Source of the DNA: Methanocaldococcus jannaschii DSM 2661
GTDB taxonomy: Archaea; AGJL01; Methanococci; Methanococcales; Methanocaldococcaceae
Direction of reading: 5' to 3'
DNA length: 32,000 nucleotides
Assembly (NCBI RefSeq): GCF_000091665.1
Contig: NC_000909.1
Coordinates: forward strand, 563,581 to 595,580
The notes beneath the pieces were generated by a model. The model ran no database searches. It saw only the letters and a program-made list of their open reading frames with translations, and was not told where the DNA came from. Numbering within the stretch: position 1 is the first letter of the stretch; each line of letters starts with the position of its first letter. Shown piece after piece: positions 20,482-27,833 of this stretch. The translations under genes and the position numbers were made by a program.

Positions 20482-20560
20482 GAGGGGGCGATATTAAACC
20501 TCCCTCATTGGAGGATGAGTTGTGATTCGCGAGAGTCACAACAACAAAAATGAGGTGAGG
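20482..20560 (+). promoter_or_regulatory. Structured leader upstream of rpl14e with alternative stems and Shine-Dalgarno sequestration potential
   Basis: Stem A 20482-20488/20499-20506; GNRA hairpin 20519-20528/20533-20542 with loop GCGA; stem C 20499-20509/20549-20560 covering GAGGTGAGG. See findings. Confidence 0.5.
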
Positions 20561-20563
20561 TAA

Positions 20564-20806
20564 ATGCCAGCTATTGAAGTAGGAAGAGTTTGTATAAAAA
20601 CAGCAGGAAGAGAAGCAGGAAAAGTTTGTGTTATCGTAGATATCTTAGATAAAAACTTCGTTATAGTTGATGGGTTAGTTAAGAGAAGAAGATGCAACAT
20701 AAAACACTTAGAACCAACAGAAAAGAAAGTTGATATCCCAAAAGGAGCTTCAACAGAAGAAGTTAAATTAGCTTTAGATGCTGCAGGATTATTGAAGGAA
20801 GAATAA
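20564..20806 (+). CDS. rpl14e: 50S ribosomal protein L14e
   Basis: [43 protein letters not shown]. Confidence 0.95.
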   Translation: MPAIEVGRVCIKTAGREAGKVCVIVDILDKNFVIVDGLVKRRRCNIKHLEPTEKKVDIPKGASTEEVKLALDAAGLLKEE

Positions 20807-20811
20807 ATCAA

Positions 20812-20842
20812 TTCTTATTTTCTTCTTTTTTATTTTTATTTT
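20812..20842 (+). terminator. Probable archaeal T-tract terminator after rpl14e
   Basis: ttcttattttcttctttttttatttttattttg immediately after the stop codon. Confidence 0.5.
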
Positions 20843-20846
20843 GAAA

Positions 20847-20878
20847 CTATATTTGTAAATTTAAATTTACAAATATAG
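20847..20878. promoter_or_regulatory. Perfect 32-bp palindrome, candidate operator
   Basis: CTATATTTGTAAATTT|AAATTTACAAATATAG, just upstream of TATA-like ctttaaataac (about 20882-20892). Confidence 0.5.
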
Positions 20879-20940
20879 AAACTTTAAATAACAATTTAAA
20901 ACAAAAATAAGATTGAACAAATAAAATTTTGGTGGGGTTT

Positions 20941-21897
20941 ATGCTATTCAACATCTTCAAAAAATCCAATAAAAAGAAATTGGATGAGTTTTTAAATGAA
21001 AATAAAGATAAAGTTTTAACATTGAAGTTAGATAAACCAGTAGATTGCTTATGCGACTTTACCTACAACTTTATATGGCAGAGTAAATTCAATCCAGAAA
21101 CTGAGATAAAAGAAAATATTACCTTTAAAACCCTTGTAGAGCATTTAAAGAATGGAGGGGTAGTTTATATTAAAGGAAATGTAGGGAAAAGATTCTGCTC
21201 CTCTATGGGCGTTGATTTAAAATATTTTAGTGGAAGTGGAGAAAGGATAAAAGTAGGAACTGTTATAGTGGATGGAGATGTCGATACAAGATTTGGAATA
21301 AGCATGTTGTCTGGAACCGTCTATATTAATGAAAAAAATAAGATAAAAGAGCCGATGGGGAATGTTATTGAAGTTGAAAGCGATATAAAAGGATATAGGA
21401 AATTTATATCCATAACAGAGTTTGTTGAAGAGAGATATAAAGAAGAGAAGCTTCTAAAACCAAATAAATTTGATAAAAATAAAGGAATTTTAGAGATTAA
21501 TGATAAAATAAAAAGAGATACTGTTGGAGCAAGGTTAAATGAAGATAAAACAATTGTAGTTAATGGAGATGTTGATTTATCCACTGGAATTTTAATGAGA
21601 AAGGGAAAGGTTATTGTTAATGGAAATGCTGGAAAAAATACTGGGGCTGTTTTAAATGGTGGAACTGTTATAATTAACGGAAATACTAATGACTTCACAG
21701 GTTTTGAAATGAGAGATGGGATAATAGTTGTTGATGGTAATGCAGGGAAATACTTGGGCGCTAAGAAAAAAGAAGGAGTTATATATGCAAGGGATGGGAA
21801 AGAAGTTCCTCCAACAAAAAAATATGAGTTAAATAATGATGATATTGCTTTTTTAAAATCTCTTGGCTATACTGGGAAGTTTTATAAATTTATATAA
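20941..21897 (+). CDS. GXGXG (glutamate synthase C-terminal-like beta-helix) domain protein
   Basis: Repeats such as [72 protein letters not shown] 20941 preceded by ggtgggg. Confidence 0.8.
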
Positions 21898-22044
21898 TCC
21901 GATTTAACTTTTTTAATTTTTATATTTATAGATGTCCAATATTATGACATAAATTTACACAAAATAGTAAATTATATATATCAAGTGGATACATAGTAGA
22001 TAATGTAAAAAACATGAATAAAAATTCTAAAATGGTGAATAAAA

Positions 22045-22461
22045 ATGGTTAGTGAAATAATAAAATTAATTGAGGAAGGAAAAATAGAAGAAGTCCTTAA
22101 AAAAGTTGAAGAAATAAAAGGAGACGCTCAGTTAGAGATAATTGCTTTAACTTTAATAGAAAAAGGTTACTGCGATGAAGCTGTTAAAGTTGCAGAGAAG
22201 ATATCAAGTTTTGGATTGAAAGATGAGGTTTTGAGAAAGGTTGCTATTGCATACATTGAAAATGGAGAAATAGACAAAGCAATGGCTTTAGTGGAGAAAA
22301 TTAAGACAGAAACTGATTTGGAAAAAATAGCTATGAAATTAATAGAAATAAAGAAATACAGAGAAGCATTAAAAGTTGCTGAAAAAATTAAGTCAAGGGC
22401 AATTAAAGAAGGAATATTAATGGCAATTATCAACGCTTTATTGGATGAATTAGGAAAATAA
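22045..22461 (+). CDS. Small alpha-solenoid (TPR-like) repeat protein
   Basis: Repeats: ALTLIEKGYCDEAVKVAEKISS / AIAYIENGEIDKAMALVEKIKT / AMKLIEIKKYREALKVAEKIKS. Confidence 0.7.
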   Translation: MVSEIIKLIEEGKIEEVLKKVEEIKGDAQLEIIALTLIEKGYCDEAVKVAEKISSFGLKDEVLRKVAIAYIENGEIDKAMALVEKIKTETDLEKIAMKLIEIKKYREALKVAEKIKSRAIKEGILMAIINALLDELGK

Positions 22462-22551
22462 ACTCTAATTAATAATTAATTTTGTTAATCTTTAAATTGT
22501 TTCTCAAAATGAAAAAAGTATTGAAAGGTTTAGCTAAACCTTAAAGAGATT

Positions 22552-22785
22552 TTAAATTTTTTCTGCAAATGCAAACTTACTTTTTACAGCAGTTATTTTT
22601 ACATTGACTGTTTCTCCTTTTTGTGTTTCAGGGACGAAGACAACGAATCCTTCAACTCTTGCTATTCCGTCTCCGCCTCTACCCATATCTTCAATTGTAA
22701 CAGTGTAGGTTTCGCCTTCTTTAACTGGAACATTTCTTCTAACTTCATTATTTCTTACATTTCTTCTTCCTTTATTATTAAACAT
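22552..22785 (-). CDS. TRAM-domain RNA-binding protein
   Basis: [55 protein letters not shown]. Confidence 0.92.
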   Translation of the reverse strand: MFNNKGRRNVRNNEVRRNVPVKEGETYTVTIEDMGRGGDGIARVEGFVVFVPETQKGETVNVKITAVKSKFAFAEKI

Positions 22786-22911
22786 TCAATTCACCAAATT
22801 TATTTAAGGATTCATCGCATTTCGCTCAATAACAACCTTGTCAAAAGGGGTATAAATACTTATGGATGTGCAAATATTTTTATATTTTTACACAACTATA
22901 AATAAAAAGGT

Positions 22912-23433
22912 TTAATCTTTCTTTTTTCTATACTTTAAAGATTCTTCCAATAACCTCTCTTTAGCCCTTTTAAACTCTTCTTCATCAACACCCTCCTCAA
23001 ATCCTAAGTATTTTAAAACAAGTTCAGCATATTTAAAGTATTCATCCTCAACTTTACCATCTCCCAAATAAAGCCCTCTACAATACCTTAAAAACCATAT
23101 ATCATAGGTTAAAGTTAATTTTCCATTTCTAACTTGGACTGAGTAAGGTCTTAACCTACAAATTAAAGGCCTAACTTTATAAATTTTACATTTTTTGGTT
23201 TTTTTATCTAAAAATATGCATTTTCCTCCAACTTCTTTAAGCTCACCAATATATCCATTAAAAAATCTAACATATCGCTTTAAAACCTCATCAAATGGTA
23301 TTTTTAGATAACCAGCTATTTTAGCCAAGTCCTTTTTTGTAACAGTTGGAGCATCACAGCAGAATCCGCATTTTATACAATGATAAGCTATTCCATTCAA
23401 ATAGACATCAAATTTTATTTTCTTATTTTTCAT
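22912..23433 (-). CDS. YkgJ-type putative zinc/iron-chelating (Cys-cluster) protein
   Basis: YHCIKCGFCCDAP...GKCIFLDKKTKKCKIYKVRPLICRLRP; start refined to ATG 23433. Confidence 0.8.
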   Translation of the reverse strand: MKNKKIKFDVYLNGIAYHCIKCGFCCDAPTVTKKDLAKIAGYLKIPFDEVLKRYVRFFNGYIGELKEVGGKCIFLDKKTKKCKIYKVRPLICRLRPYSVQVRNGKLTLTYDIWFLRYCRGLYLGDGKVEDEYFKYAELVLKYLGFEEGVDEEEFKRAKERLLEESLKYRKKKD

Positions 23434-24142
23434 GAGTTTCCCTCTCCTTACACTTTCCACATAAAATACATGGTTTTATATGTCCAGCTAAAAAATCAAG
23501 TGCTTTACTAATTTTTATATGAATGGTTTTAGGGAATTTATATATAATATAACCATATAAAACCCCTGTAATGACATCAACAATCCAGTGCATTCCCATA
23601 ATTAGAGTTGAAATTGGAATTAATATCGCCAGTGCAAAATAAATATAATTTAATGGCTTTTCATCTTTAAAATGTAATGCTAACAAAAAAGAATATGCTG
23701 TATGCAATGATGGAATTTCGTATGTTGGTTTTGTAAATATCCAAAAATAATGCATATTTATTAAATCCTTAGCAACACCTACCTGAAATGGAGATTTTAC
23801 AACGACAAAGGTGTATATTAAACCAGCAAACAGCCAACCTAAAGCTAAGTCAATTAAAATAATATCACTCTTCAAAAAATCTCTCTTTATAAATAGATAA
23901 TAGGCGATACCTCCAATAATCATAGAAGAAAATCCATATAAATAAATAATTTTAAAAAATTCAATAACAATATTTGGTAATGACTGTAAAAATATATAAA
24001 ATTCTTTATTGCATAAGGGAAGCTTTAATAACAAATTTGTTACATCAAGTGGAGTTATAATTTGAGAATACCACATCAACCCGCCCCATAAGACATAGGC
24101 GATAGGATAGATTGCCAATCTAACTAAAATCCTTTTATCCAC
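23423..24142 (-). CDS. PAP2-superfamily membrane protein with C-terminal CxxCxxC tail
   Basis: PSLHTAYSFLLALHF, GMHWIVDVITG, multiple TM segments, C-terminal HIKPCILCGKCKE. Confidence 0.8.
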   Translation of the reverse strand: MDKRILVRLAIYPIAYVLWGGLMWYSQIITPLDVTNLLLKLPLCNKEFYIFLQSLPNIVIEFFKIIYLYGFSSMIIGGIAYYLFIKRDFLKSDIILIDLALGWLFAGLIYTFVVVKSPFQVGVAKDLINMHYFWIFTKPTYEIPSLHTAYSFLLALHFKDEKPLNYIYFALAILIPISTLIMGMHWIVDVITGVLYGYIIYKFPKTIHIKISKALDFLAGHIKPCILCGKCKERETHEK

Positions 24143-24169
24143 AATCTCACCGTTTAAATCAATATTTTT

Positions 24170-25654
24170 GTGGGTGGTAATATTAAATTCTTAGAAGCTA
24201 TGGTAGATTTCTTAGAAAGAAATGTAAAAACTATATTTTCCTATCCGGGAGAGCAGATATTGCCGTTGTATAATGAAATAGAGGGTAGCAGTATAAAAAA
24301 TATTATGGTTAGGGATGAGAGAGGAGCAGGGTTCATGGCTGATGGCTATGCAAGAATAACTAACTATATAGGAGTTTGCTTAGCTACTGCAGGTCCTGGA
24401 GCTACGAATTTAACAACGCCAATAGCAACAGCCTATAAGGATAATTCATCTGTATTGGCAATTACTGGAAGATGTCAGAGAAAATATATTGGCAAAAATT
24501 ATTTTCAAGAGGTAAATATGGATTTTTTAAATTTTTATAAAGGATATTTTGTTGATAAAGCTGAAGTAAGTTATATAGCAAAAGCATTTGCTGACTGCCT
24601 ATTTAATAAAAAACCTGTTCAGCTAAATATTCCAGTTGATTTATACAAGGAAGAAGCAAAAGATATAAATATAACCACATATACAGATATATATAAAGAT
24701 GATGAAACTCCTTCCAACAACATAAAAGAAATAGATGTCAAAAAACCACTATTTTTAATTGGGCAGGGTATATTTGGGACTTTAAGTTATAAAGAGATAG
24801 TAAAAATATCAAAAATATTAGAAAAGATAAACTGTCCCATAGCTACAACATTTCCAGCGAGAGGAGTTATTAATGAAAAATTAGAGAACTGCATAGGCTT
24901 AGTTGGGAGGAGAGGGGATTTAAAATCTTTGTTAGAGGCAGATAAGATAATAAATATCGGCTCATCTCTATCTTACAACACCTATGTAGAGAGTGTTAGG
25001 GAAAAGCTTTTAAGTAAAACTGAAAATATACAACTAAAACCAAAAAGCATCAAAGAGTTAAAAGAATTTTTTGAAAATTTAGATGTAAAAAATAGTAGCT
25101 GGATATATAAAAATAGCAACAAATTTCAGCCTTCTGGAGATTACTCAAACAAAATCTATGAGATTATTAAAAATATTCCAGAAGATGCCATAATAGTTAC
25201 AGATGCTGGTAAGCATACTGTATTTACCTGCTTATTAAAAACCTGCGTTATTCCAAGAAATATCATTTCCTCACACTCATTTGGAACTATGGGTTTTGGT
25301 TTGCCTGCATCCATTGGAGTAAAATTTGGAACTATAGATTTCAACATCGATAGAGAAGTTGTATTAATTAGTGGGGATGGCGGATTTTTGATGAATGTTG
25401 AGGAGTTGCAAGTTGTAGCTGAAAATAACTTAAAAATCTTAATGGTTGTGATGAAAAATAACAGTTTGGCAGAGTTCTGCAAGATAAAAAATCCAAACTT
25501 CAACAAAATAGCTGATGCATTTGAAATAGATAATTGCTACATTGAAAATGTTGATGAAATTGGTTCAGAAATTAAAGGCTATTTAAAAAAGAATAAGCCG
25601 TTATTGGTGGTTGTTGAAACAGAAAACGAGCCATTGCCTAAACCAAATATTTAA
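24170..25654 (+). CDS. Acetolactate synthase large-subunit-like, thiamine diphosphate-dependent enzyme
   Basis: FSYPGEQILPLYNEIE, VRDERGAGFMADGYARIT, ATAGPGATNLTTPIATAY, ISGDGGFLMNVEELQVVAENNLKI. Start codon ambiguous. Confidence 0.85.
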   Translation: MGGNIKFLEAMVDFLERNVKTIFSYPGEQILPLYNEIEGSSIKNIMVRDERGAGFMADGYARITNYIGVCLATAGPGATNLTTPIATAYKDNSSVLAITGRCQRKYIGKNYFQEVNMDFLNFYKGYFVDKAEVSYIAKAFADCLFNKKPVQLNIPVDLYKEEAKDINITTYTDIYKDDETPSNNIKEIDVKKPLFLIGQGIFGTLSYKEIVKISKILEKINCPIATTFPARGVINEKLENCIGLVGRRGDLKSLLEADKIINIGSSLSYNTYVESVREKLLSKTENIQLKPKSIKELKEFFENLDVKNSSWIYKNSNKFQPSGDYSNKIYEIIKNIPEDAIIVTDAGKHTVFTCLLKTCVIPRNIISSHSFGTMGFGLPASIGVKFGTIDFNIDREVVLISGDGGFLMNVEELQVVAENNLKILMVVMKNNSLAEFCKIKNPNFNKIADAFEIDNCYIENVDEIGSEIKGYLKKNKPLLVVVETENEPLPKPNI

Positions 25655-25709
25655 ATTTAACAATTTAATTTTATAAAATTTGAAAAATTTAGTTTTACGG
25701 AGGGATAAT

Positions 25710-26585
25710 ATGGGAGAAGTTTTAAATGAATTATTTGAAATTTTATCAAAAGATTTACACTTCAATGCCACTAAACTGAATTCTGAAACTTATGAACAAA
25801 ATTGGAAAGTTCCAGAGGGGTTTATATCAATAATAGGAATTGAAAATGCTAAAATGCCAGTATTTTACTATGGAATAACAAATTCATATAAAAAAGAATT
25901 TGAAATTAAAAAAGTGATTTCACCAAAAGGTCAGAAACAGATTTTTGCAAGAATCTACTACATATTTGACAGGAGAGATATTATTGAAAAAGAAAAGTAT
26001 GTTGTTGCTAATGCATTTAACGGACTCTTATTATTAATAAAATTTGATAAAACTGAGTTTATTGAAAAAGCTATAGAAATGCTCACTAAGGGCTATGAAG
26101 AAGACAATTTCATTAAAGAAGTTCTTAACAATATAAAAGAGAAAAATATGTTTGACAATATTGATGAAACAATAAGATTCGTTGCTAATAGAGATTACAA
26201 TTGGTTAATTGGAAGGATAAAATATAATATGGGAATTTTAGAGTATTCTGGGCAAGGTTATTATTTAATACCAATAAAAACAAATATGCAAATAACACCC
26301 GGAATAAAAATCAATAATGGTAGAGTTATAATTGATTTAGAAAACTCTCACTTGTTTAAAAACTTCATTGTATATGTTGATACCATAAACAATAAAATAA
26401 TTTACAATAAAGAGAGATTGTGTAATAAAAATCCAGCTATATTGGATATAATGTCAAAGATAGATGATAACACTTGCCCATGGTGTGGAGCTAAGTTGAG
26501 AGTAGTTAGAACAAAAAAAGGAGAGTTCTTGGGATGCACAAATTATCCAAACTGTCTATATAGAAGATTTCCAAAGAAAAATTAA
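25710..26585 (+). CDS. Hypothetical protein with C-terminal topoisomerase-type C4 zinc finger
   Basis: CPWCGAKLRVVRTKKGEFLGCTNYPNCLYRR; ATG 25710 preceded by ggaggga. Confidence 0.75.
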   Translation: MGEVLNELFEILSKDLHFNATKLNSETYEQNWKVPEGFISIIGIENAKMPVFYYGITNSYKKEFEIKKVISPKGQKQIFARIYYIFDRRDIIEKEKYVVANAFNGLLLLIKFDKTEFIEKAIEMLTKGYEEDNFIKEVLNNIKEKNMFDNIDETIRFVANRDYNWLIGRIKYNMGILEYSGQGYYLIPIKTNMQITPGIKINNGRVIIDLENSHLFKNFIVYVDTINNKIIYNKERLCNKNPAILDIMSKIDDNTCPWCGAKLRVVRTKKGEFLGCTNYPNCLYRRFPKKN

Positions 26586-26595
26586 TATTTAATAT

Positions 26596-27612
26596 TTATT
26601 TTAAATAATTACAAACCCTTTCAAACATTAAATCAGTTGGGTCTTCTAACTCAATAACACCCATTCTTTTTCCTAAATTATCTTCAACATAGTTTATTAT
26701 TTCCTTGATATCATTTGTATGAATCATCCTATCTTTTTCAATTAAATATTTATCAACTCCAAGTAACTCTTGAGGATAGCAAGATACCGTTGGAATGCCT
26801 AAGATAGCACTTTCCCTGTTCATCGTTCCTCCAGCACCAATCATGAAATCGGAATTATACAATAAAGAAAGAGCATCTATTGTCTCTTTTGGAACTATAG
26901 CATTAACCTCTCTATATATCTCTTTTTGATGTTCATCCCTTGGGAACACAACTATATTACAGTCAATTCTTTTTTGAAGCTTTTCAATAATTTTTGGTAG
27001 TATATCTTTATGTCCATTACAATAAGAAGAGTTTGGGCAAGGTCTCATAACTATTGTTGGATTATCATCACAAATTCCCAATTTTTTTAAAATTTCATTA
27101 TCTATTGGATAATAACCCTTTAGCCGTGAATTTACATTTGCCACTTCACAAGTTCCTTCAAAGCTTATAAAATTTCTTCCTCCAAATTCTTTCAGCTTAT
27201 TTTCATCTGTTGCTATAGGTTTAATAATCTCATCTGCCAATGGTAGAGTTAATTTATTTTGAGCTTCAGCGTGTTCATTATCTACAACAAAGATTACTGG
27301 AATGTTCAAACCAAAAGCTACCCTTGGCAACTCAACGGAGTGTTTTGCTATAGCTACTTTTGGCTTTACATTTGATATTAGTTCAGTTAATCCAATAACC
27401 CTCTCAGCGTAGAAAATTAACTTATCCTTCAACGTGTTTCCATGCTTTCCTATACACTTCCCTACAAAATTGTAAATTTCAACTAATTTAGCTAAATTCC
27501 CTGAATCTCTAAAAGTTAATAAATACTCAATCCCTTCTTTCTCAAATTTTTTTATCAATTGGCAGAAATAATGCACATGGGGGGCGTTTGTTAAATCAAT
27601 CCATACATCCAA
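26596..27612 (-). CDS. DUF354-family protein (glycosyltransferase-like fold)
   Basis: DVWIDLTNAPHVHYFCQLIKKFEKEG, GAGGTMNRESAILGIPTVSCYP. Likely TTG start at 27612 (LDVWIDL) preceded by gggtgat; the track start is GTG 27621. Confidence 0.75.
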   Translation of the reverse strand: MDVWIDLTNAPHVHYFCQLIKKFEKEGIEYLLTFRDSGNLAKLVEIYNFVGKCIGKHGNTLKDKLIFYAERVIGLTELISNVKPKVAIAKHSVELPRVAFGLNIPVIFVVDNEHAEAQNKLTLPLADEIIKPIATDENKLKEFGGRNFISFEGTCEVANVNSRLKGYYPIDNEILKKLGICDDNPTIVMRPCPNSSYCNGHKDILPKIIEKLQKRIDCNIVVFPRDEHQKEIYREVNAIVPKETIDALSLLYNSDFMIGAGGTMNRESAILGIPTVSCYPQELLGVDKYLIEKDRMIHTNDIKEIINYVEDNLGKRMGVIELEDPTDLMFERVCNYLK

Positions 27613-27628
27613 GTTAATCACCCATTAA
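27588..27628. repeat. Direct repeat copy 1 (covers start region of the DUF354 gene)
   Basis: ttgttaaatcaatccatacatccaagttaatcacccattaa; 39/41 identical to 27780-27820. Confidence 0.95.
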
Positions 27629-27779
27629 ATATATTTAAGTGGGTTGAACGTAGAGTTCCCTCTGGGTATCGCACTATAGAGGGGATATAGCCCCTCTATT
27701 GGGACACACCTCCAAATAGAAAGTGGGGTTGCCAAAGGCAATCCCGCTCTGGATATCCCAATAGGGCGAAGCCCTATGG
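27629..27779. other. GC-rich hairpin-dense insert: possible ncRNA gene or small insertion element
   Basis: Hairpins ATAGAGGGG/CCCCTCTAT, GTGGGGTTGCC-AAA-GGCAATCCCGC, ATAGGGC-GAA-GCCCTAT, plus long-range pairing 27694-27704/27756-27766. Confidence 0.6.
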
Positions 27780-27820
27780 TTGTTAAATCAATCCACACAT
27801 CCAAGTTAATCACCCATCAA
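27780..27820. repeat. Direct repeat copy 2
   Basis: ttgttaaatcaatccacacatccaagttaatcacccatcaa; offset from copy 1 is exactly 192 bp. Confidence 0.95.
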
Positions 27821-27833
27821 TAATTATAAATAA

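Noticed and set aside
21321-21698. 125-aa minus-strand ORF opposite the GXGXG-domain gene
   Set aside because: Mirror-frame artefact of the Gly/Asn/Val repeat sequence, with no protein-like homology signal.
22621-22905. 94-aa plus-strand ORF over the TRAM gene
   Set aside because: Antisense to a clear TRAM protein and no Shine-Dalgarno.
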